This document shows positions 48,539-53,261 of a stretch of 53,261 nt of DNA, piece by piece; within the stretch, counting starts at the first letter, position 1; every line of letters begins with the position of its first letter. The notes beneath the pieces were generated by a model, which made no database searches, was not told where the DNA came from, and saw nothing but the letters and a program-made list of their open reading frames with translations. The stretch is from a virus (taxonomy: Duplodnaviria; Caudoviricetes). The stretch is taken from positions 1-53,261 of IMG/VR virus record IMGVR_UViG_3300047457_000194; one strand, 5' to 3'. The translations under genes were made by a program, and so were the position numbers.

Positions 48539-48658
48539 TCACGCTTTGAAAGCAGCGTAGATCACCACTGCGTACAGCAGCGCCCACGCAACGTATCCTA
48601 GCACATCTTTGATCGCAGTGTCGTACTGCGATAGCGTCTTGAACACCCTGCACTTCAT
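48539..48658 (-). CDS. 39-aa membrane peptide (not in ORF track)
   Basis: ATGA overlap; MKCRVFKTLSQYDTAIKDVLGYVAWALLYAVVIYAAFKA. Confidence 0.5.
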   Translation of the reverse strand: MKCRVFKTLSQYDTAIKDVLGYVAWALLYAVVIYAAFKA

Positions 48659-48966
48659 CGAATCACCTCGATATTGGCGGTGTCGATGCCGTTGATCGAC
48701 GCCCCGCTATACGAGGTCGGGTATCCGGTCTGCTCGTAGATAGAGGCGGCGTAGAACTCCACGGCTTTGCGTGGTCCGGTGATGATGAGGAGGCAGTAGT
48801 TGTCGTCATCGTCGTAGACGTATGCGGTGACCACATCCGTCTTCACAGGGACGCCAAACTCGGCGTCATCCATCAGCGTGGGCGCGATGTTGACGGCATC
48901 CCCGGTGGCGCGGATGATGTTGCTTTTGCTTTCGTAGGCAGCTTCGTTAGTGAACTTGAATTCCAT
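48655..48966 (-). CDS. Hypothetical acidic protein
   Basis: RBS AGGAGA; 103 aa. Confidence 0.65.
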   Translation of the reverse strand: MEFKFTNEAAYESKSNIIRATGDAVNIAPTLMDDAEFGVPVKTDVVTAYVYDDDDNYCLLIITGPRKAVEFYAASIYEQTGYPTSYSGASINGIDTANIEVIR

Positions 48967-49039
48967 GGTTTGTCTCCTGATTGGTTGTTTATTGTTAGGG
49001 TAGGCGCATAGCCTACCTGTTACACGGTCGATGCTGAAG

Positions 49040-49297
49040 CTAGCAGCCGCAGCACGGGTAATCTTCGCAGCGGCACGCTACACGGGCGATCATGCGCCCA
49101 TCCGCAGCGTACAATCCGCGAGGATCGCGCAGAGAGTTGTAGTACCCGGCAGGCTTGCGGCGAGGACGGTACGCGCCGTTGGTTTTGCACCCCAGGCAGA
49201 AGAGCCTGGAGTTGATGTAGTTGGCCTGCGTTCCGGCCTGGATTGTGGCCCCGCATGCGCGGCAGGGGGCGGTGTAGCGGACGTTAATGATTGCCAT
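49040..49297 (-). CDS. Small Cys-rich protein
   Basis: RBS AAGGAG; C..CG, C..C, CEDYPCCGC. Confidence 0.7.
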   Translation of the reverse strand: MAIINVRYTAPCRACGATIQAGTQANYINSRLFCLGCKTNGAYRPRRKPAGYYNSLRDPRGLYAADGRMIARVACRCEDYPCCGC

Positions 49298-49496
49298 GGT
49301 GTTCTCCTTTGTTCGCTATGACAATAAACACTACATCATGATGCAGTTTGAGCAGTGGAACGAGGCCGTCTGCCGATGTACCCCAATCGAGGCCATCTTT
49401 CCGCACTGGGGCCATCCTGTGATCCTTGGCTACGGTCGTGATGTTATTGCCGCACACCGCGCACCACACCTTGCAAATTTGGCTATGCATTGCCAT
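49284..49496 (-). CDS. Small hypothetical protein
   Basis: TAATG coupling; WCAVCG. Confidence 0.55.
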   Translation of the reverse strand: MAMHSQICKVWCAVCGNNITTVAKDHRMAPVRKDGLDWGTSADGLVPLLKLHHDVVFIVIANKGEHHGNH

Positions 49497-49747
49497 TACT
49501 TCACCTCCTGATAGACGTGGAGCGCCAGCTCCATCAGTTCTTTCTCTACTTCGCGCAGCTTCGCGACCCTGGCCCAGTGTTCAGACTGCGCGTTGTTGAT
49601 CGCGTCAGCGCCCTGTGGGTAGTAGTCTCGACCGTGCGGGGACGCCTTGCAGATCGCCTCCATAGCGCCACTCACGGCAGCATATGCTGAACGGTACTGT
49701 TTTAGCAGATAAGCGGCGGCGGTGTATTTCACGTTGATGATCGCCAT
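49496..49747 (-). CDS. Hypothetical protein
   Basis: TAATG coupling; PHGRDYYPQG motif. Confidence 0.65.
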   Translation of the reverse strand: MAIINVKYTAAAYLLKQYRSAYAAVSGAMEAICKASPHGRDYYPQGADAINNAQSEHWARVAKLREVEKELMELALHVYQEVK

Positions 49748-50067
49748 TACTGTCCCCCCTTCGCCTTGGCGATGATGGCGCGGGCGGCAGCCAATTCGTT
49801 ATCCCATACCTCCCCCGTGTAGCTGATGCTGGAGAGACAATTGGCGATTGCCTCCAGCGCCTCCAGCAACTCCGGCGCGGCAGCGATTAGACGGGCGTTT
49901 GCGTGTCCCGTGCCAATGCTCTCTGCCGTAGCGATACCGTGTGCATTGGTCGTTACGATATCGGCGACCGCTACGCCGCCGTTAACGGGTCCGACAGACA
50001 AGTCTCTGGTTTCGATGCCGGGGTCAGCCCATACTTCCCAGGGTCCTGGGGTGTGTGTGTTGTTCAT
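49747..50067 (-). CDS. Common phage early protein (HTPGPW...ANARLIAAAPELLEAL type)
   Basis: Recognisable motif; RBS AAGGAG. Confidence 0.75.
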   Translation of the reverse strand: MNNTHTPGPWEVWADPGIETRDLSVGPVNGGVAVADIVTTNAHGIATAESIGTGHANARLIAAAPELLEALEAIANCLSSISYTGEVWDNELAAARAIIAKAKGGQ

Positions 50068-50096
50068 TGTGTTCTCCTTTGTCTAGAATCTAGACA

Positions 50097-50111
50097 GTCC
50101 AAATTTTGGAC
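50097..50111. promoter_or_regulatory. Palindrome copy 2
   Basis: GTCCAAATTTTGGAC; abuts TGTCTAGAATCTAGACA at 50080-50096. Confidence 0.8.
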
Positions 50112-50135
50112 TGTTTTATTGGGGCAGGCTTGCGC

Positions 50136-50879
50136 CTACCCAATCGCGATGTTGATCAGCGGCGACTTCTTAGCGATAACGCTGTGATCCTGGATGACGA
50201 TATTCTTCCGGCGGTCGCCTTCACGAGTGCCGTCACACAGTTTGCAGTTGGCGCAAACCGTACGCTTTCCAGCTTCGGCACTGGCCGGGCAGGATATCTC
50301 ACCCGTCAGCTTGGTGTCGTTGCCCTTGGGAGACACCCGGAAGTAGCGCCAGCCCATGCGGACAGCCAGCATGGATTCCTGAGGCGAGTCACAGGATGCC
50401 ATGAAATACTGGCGCATCCATGACGGCGCCGTTTTCCATTGATGCGAGTACCCGGTGCGACCGCTAGCGACCGCACTGACGCCCTCGACTACATCGCGAT
50501 TGATAAACGCCGGATCACCGTACGCACCCCAGCGGACCATGCGACCGCCGAATAGGCTAGCGTACTCGCTAGCGTCAGCATGGCGATACCCGCCACGCAA
50601 GTAGCACTTCCAGATACCCGAAGCTGCCTTGCCCACCTGAACATAGCAGCGGCGACCGACCGCCTTCCCGTTCACAATCACCCCACGATGCGGACACTCC
50701 CCACAGATAGTGGAATCTAGCCCGTACCGGATCGCCATAAGCGGCGACTCATGACGGTACAGGATGTAAACCTGAATCATACCGCCCGTTTTGGAGTTGC
50801 TGGATTTGCTACGCAAGCCCGTAGCGATCACCACGATATCCGCAGATTCCTGCAGGATCACGCCGTTTGTGTTGTACAT
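50136..50879 (-). CDS. Cys-rich, radical-SAM-like/Fe-S candidate protein
   Basis: NSKTG, ICGECP..CYV, VRWGAYGDPA, GYSHQW, CPAS..C..C.LC. Confidence 0.55.
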   Translation of the reverse strand: MYNTNGVILQESADIVVIATGLRSKSSNSKTGGMIQVYILYRHESPLMAIRYGLDSTICGECPHRGVIVNGKAVGRRCYVQVGKAASGIWKCYLRGGYRHADASEYASLFGGRMVRWGAYGDPAFINRDVVEGVSAVASGRTGYSHQWKTAPSWMRQYFMASCDSPQESMLAVRMGWRYFRVSPKGNDTKLTGEISCPASAEAGKRTVCANCKLCDGTREGDRRKNIVIQDHSVIAKKSPLINIAIG

Positions 50880-50898
50880 CCCTCACTCACCTTTCGTA

Positions 50899-50913
50899 GT
50901 CCAAATTTTGGAC
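50899..50913. promoter_or_regulatory. Palindrome copy 3
   Basis: GTCCAAATTTTGGAC, 19 nt upstream of the 50879 start. Confidence 0.8.
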
Positions 50914-50966
50914 TGTTTTGGGTTGCCGCACGTCACTGACGGCAACGGTTAGCTACTGTGAATACC

Positions 50967-50996
50967 ATGATATCGTATCCACCTATCGTTTGTCAA
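50967..50996 (-). promoter_or_regulatory. Sigma70-type early promoter
   Basis: TTGACA-18 bp-TATCAT. Confidence 0.7.
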
Positions 50997-51110
50997 ATGG
51001 CACACGGAGTGCCATGGTATGCCACGACTACTGGTAGATGTGGGCAGCGATTACCAGCGCATAGATTGCGCCGAAACCTAGCACCGTGAGAATGGATTCA
51101 AAGCGCCGCA

Positions 51111-51416
51111 TTACCGCTCGCTTGGGTTTAAGAACGTGGAATCGTTCCTTCTCCCCTTGCTATCTGTGCCGGAGTTGCACAGGATTCTGGCAAGCGCCGT
51201 ATTGATATGGGAGTCATAGAGGTAAGGGTATAGCTCCTCGCAAACCCAATCCATACCCTTTTTCCCGCCCACATGGCACAATCGCAGTACCTCCCAATTG
51301 AAGCGCATGTCGGAGAATCCAGCCGCCTGATACCGTTCCCGCATGTTGGGGTGTTTGGCTAGAACATCAGCGCATGCGGATGCCAGTTTGAGGTAGTGGT
51401 CTTTTGTGATCTTCAT
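51111..51416 (-). CDS. Hypothetical protein
   Basis: RBS AGGAGA; MKITKDHY..., LYPYLYDSHINTAL. Confidence 0.7.
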   Translation of the reverse strand: MKITKDHYLKLASACADVLAKHPNMRERYQAAGFSDMRFNWEVLRLCHVGGKKGMDWVCEELYPYLYDSHINTALARILCNSGTDSKGRRNDSTFLNPSER

Positions 51417-51431
51417 TGTGTCTCCTGTTTT

Positions 51432-51446
51432 GTCCAAATTTTGGAC
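51432..51446. promoter_or_regulatory. Palindrome copy 4
   Basis: GTCCAAATTTTGGAC just upstream of the RBS of the 51416 gene. Confidence 0.8.
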
Positions 51447-51538
51447 TGTTTTCCCGTTGGCCGTGCGAACGCACGTTTCCAGCTACACCGCGTGGAGGTG
51501 GGAGTTGTAGCCATGGGGGGATTCGATCCCCCCGTTTC

Positions 51539-51772
51539 CTACGCCAGATAGCCGTAGGGATCGCCGCGATCTACCGCGCCCATATCTTCGAGCGCCTGAT
51601 GGTATCGCTCGAATTCCCGGTGGGCTTCGATGGCGCGTCGCTTGATAGCCAGCATGCGCGTCTCCCGTTCACTCCCTGACAGAGTGAAGGTGAAGTAATC
51701 GCCGCTACGGTTCACCTCAGCGTAGCGGGGACCGTTTTGGTCGCGACCTACAATCTTGATGCTGATTCTCAT
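51539..51772 (-). CDS. Hypothetical protein
   Basis: RBS GGGAGA; 77 aa. Confidence 0.6.
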   Translation of the reverse strand: MRISIKIVGRDQNGPRYAEVNRSGDYFTFTLSGSERETRMLAIKRRAIEAHREFERYHQALEDMGAVDRGDPYGYLA

Positions 51773-51798
51773 GGCTTGATTCTCCCTGTAGAGGGGGA

Positions 51799-52410
51799 TT
51801 ACTCCCCCATCATCTCCCGCATAATCGCGAGGAAGTCAGCTTCGTCCTTAGCCTTGCCGAGAGCGGTCTTATACTTCGTGCGCCAATCGGTGGCGGACTC
51901 GGTGGTGGTATCGTCGTTGGAGTCATCCTCCGGAGTAGAGTCCAAATTTTGGACCGATTCAACCTTGGGTTTGTCGAGGCCGAGGGCCGCTACCACCTCG
52001 TCGCGTACGCGAGCGTTATCAATCGTTCCCTTGGCGCGGCGGGTGATCAAGCTAGCGATTGTCTCTTTATTGACCTCAGCATCGCCCTTGGATTTGGCGA
52101 GCCGGGCAATCTCTTTGCAGCTGGAGTACCCACACTTGATGAGTTCTTCTTCCGTGGTGTTGATCCACAGAAGAGCGTTACCCAAGTTCGCCATATCGTG
52201 GAACTGGGATTTCGAGATGTTCACGTCCTGCGCATCCAAAAACGATTCGATGTTCTTGAAGCCGAGTGTTTTCCACTGCTTATGTGCCTTGATTTGGTAC
52301 AGCGCCGTCGACATGACAATGAAGAGGCGGTGAGATTCGCGACTGGCGCGGATGACGAGTTGCAGGTTTTCCTGCGCAGAGCGGGTGGCGGTGATGTTGA
52401 TTTTGTGCAT
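51799..52410 (-). CDS. First early gene; helical, putative DNA-binding protein
   Basis: RBS AAGGA; ALYQIK..KQWK.LGF..IESFL resembles DUF3102-like N-domains (inference); contains palindrome copy 5. Confidence 0.65.
   Translation of the reverse strand: MHKINITATRSAQENLQLVIRASRESHRLFIVMSTALYQIKAHKQWKTLGFKNIESFLDAQDVNISKSQFHDMANLGNALLWINTTEEELIKCGYSSCKEIARLAKSKGDAEVNKETIASLITRRAKGTIDNARVRDEVVAALGLDKPKVESVQNLDSTPEDDSNDDTTTESATDWRTKYKTALGKAKDEADFLAIMREMMGE
51940..51954. promoter_or_regulatory. Palindrome copy 5 (inside CDS, encodes VQNLD)
   Basis: GTCCAAATTTTGGAC. Confidence 0.75.
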
Positions 52411-52470
52411 GGTAGTTGATCCTTTACTTGGGTGGTGTTGTTCAGGTGCTTCAAAGCCCCTGAGTCAACT

Positions 52471-52500
52471 ATCCTAGCGAACGGTGAACACGGAGTGCAA
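52471..52500 (-). promoter_or_regulatory. Sigma70-type promoter heading the early arm
   Basis: TTGCAC-18 bp-TAGGAT. Confidence 0.6.
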
Positions 52501-52595
52501 CTATGCGAAACCGTGTGCTTTCAATGAGATGGAGATCATTAAGGAATTTTAATAAATGACTATTGTGAATGGAGTTTAATGTTGGTGGGTGGATT

Positions 52596-52610
52596 GTCCA
52601 AAGTTTGGAC
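52596..52610. promoter_or_regulatory. Palindrome copy 6
   Basis: GTCCAAAGTTTGGAC upstream of terS. Confidence 0.8.
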
Positions 52611-52626
52611 GGATGTTTGTGGGGAG

Positions 52627-52642
52627 TGTTCCACGTGGAACA
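52627..52642. promoter_or_regulatory. parS: Chromosomal-type parS site
   Basis: Perfect 16-bp palindrome TGTTCCACGTGGAACA matching the bacterial parS consensus. Confidence 0.85.
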
Positions 52643-52652
52643 CAATAGGGAT

Positions 52653-53228
52653 ATGGGACGCAGGAAACCATCGGATACGATTGTCGAACTAGAGAAGGGT
52701 ATGACGCCTAAGCAGGTGAAGCTTGCTAGAGCATTGGCGGCGGGGGGGATACCTAAGGTCGAAGCGTATCGGCAGGTATACGGGTGGAGAGGTAAGAGTG
52801 CGAACGCGCTACAGGTGGCCGCGACGAAGGCGTGTCAAAACGATAAGGTTTCAATAATGGCAACAGCTTTAAGGGACGCTGAAACCGCGCGATTGTGGGA
52901 AGACAAGGACCGATTCAGAAATTGGATCATGCAGGGGATCACGGACACGGCCAACAACACCGAATCCGACATCACACGATTAAAGGCGCTGGAACTCGCA
53001 GGGAAAACGAGATTCGCCTCAGTGTTCGAGGAACCACAAGCAAACGAAGCGAACGCAGCCGTAGCGGGTTCCCTGATAGACCTGATTGGCGCACGTCTCC
53101 AGTCGCTACTGGGAGTTGCAACGCCTACACTGGGCGATTCAGAGGCAATCGACACCACGTTCGACCCCGTGCCACCTGATACCACCACGCCTACCGACAC
53201 CCCCACCGGGGGCGGGGAGGGGGAGTAG
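52653..53228 (+). CDS. terS: Terminase small subunit
   Basis: MTPKQ..LA...G....EAYR..Y HTH-like region, RLKALELAGK; precedes terL across the junction; start probably ATG 52653. Confidence 0.8.
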   Translation: MGRRKPSDTIVELEKGMTPKQVKLARALAAGGIPKVEAYRQVYGWRGKSANALQVAATKACQNDKVSIMATALRDAETARLWEDKDRFRNWIMQGITDTANNTESDITRLKALELAGKTRFASVFEEPQANEANAAVAGSLIDLIGARLQSLLGVATPTLGDSEAIDTTFDPVPPDTTTPTDTPTGGGEGE

Positions 53229-53261
53229 GCCGGGTCGCGCTGGCTGTGCTATGCATAGTAT

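Noticed and set aside
51515-51533. tRNA gene or fragment (T-arm-like hairpin)
   Set aside because: No acceptor, D or anticodon arms could be folded around it
52530-52580. AT-rich tract as a dif site or replication origin
   Set aside because: No convincing XerC/XerD arms or iterons; it may only be UP-element sequence between divergent promoters
46808-52610. Palindromic repeats as a CRISPR array, with the Cas4-like nuclease as a cas gene
   Set aside because: Repeats are 15 bp and separated by 0.5-3.3 kb of genes; no cas1/cas2; the nuclease sits in an ERF/SSB recombination operon

Overview
The window looks like an essentially complete ~53.3-kb genome of a tailed dsDNA phage with podovirus-type architecture, probably circularly permuted: an in-frame ATG for the large terminase forms across the end/start junction. 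Positions 52653-53261 and 1-36329 (+) form the packaging and virion arm: TerS, TerL, portal, GroES-like co-chaperonin, scaffold, capsid, an inserted 8.9-14.7 kb fibre/surface-protein cassette, adaptors, fibre, nozzle, three putative ejection proteins and a 2399-aa polyvalent protein. Positions 36295-52410 are mostly leftward early/middle genes: M15 peptidase lysin, dUTPase, RuvC-like resolvase, tyrosine recombinase, SSB-like protein, ERF, PD-(D/E)XK nuclease, RHH regulator, a rightward primase-helicase, an AAA/VWA-peptidase cluster and many small ORFs. I recognised no DNA or RNA polymerase, tRNA, CRISPR array or CI-type repressor. Best leads: (1) two Cys-paired fibre-like proteins with Sec-type signal peptides inside the virion module; (2) a perfect chromosomal-type parS in the putative terminase promoter, with no phage ParAB; (3) six copies of the palindrome GTCCAAAnTTTGGAC before early genes, one of them inside its candidate regulator gene; (4) a recurring [FYMK]xxGG tag in internal-virion proteins. 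All product calls come from motif recognition by eye; no database search was run.
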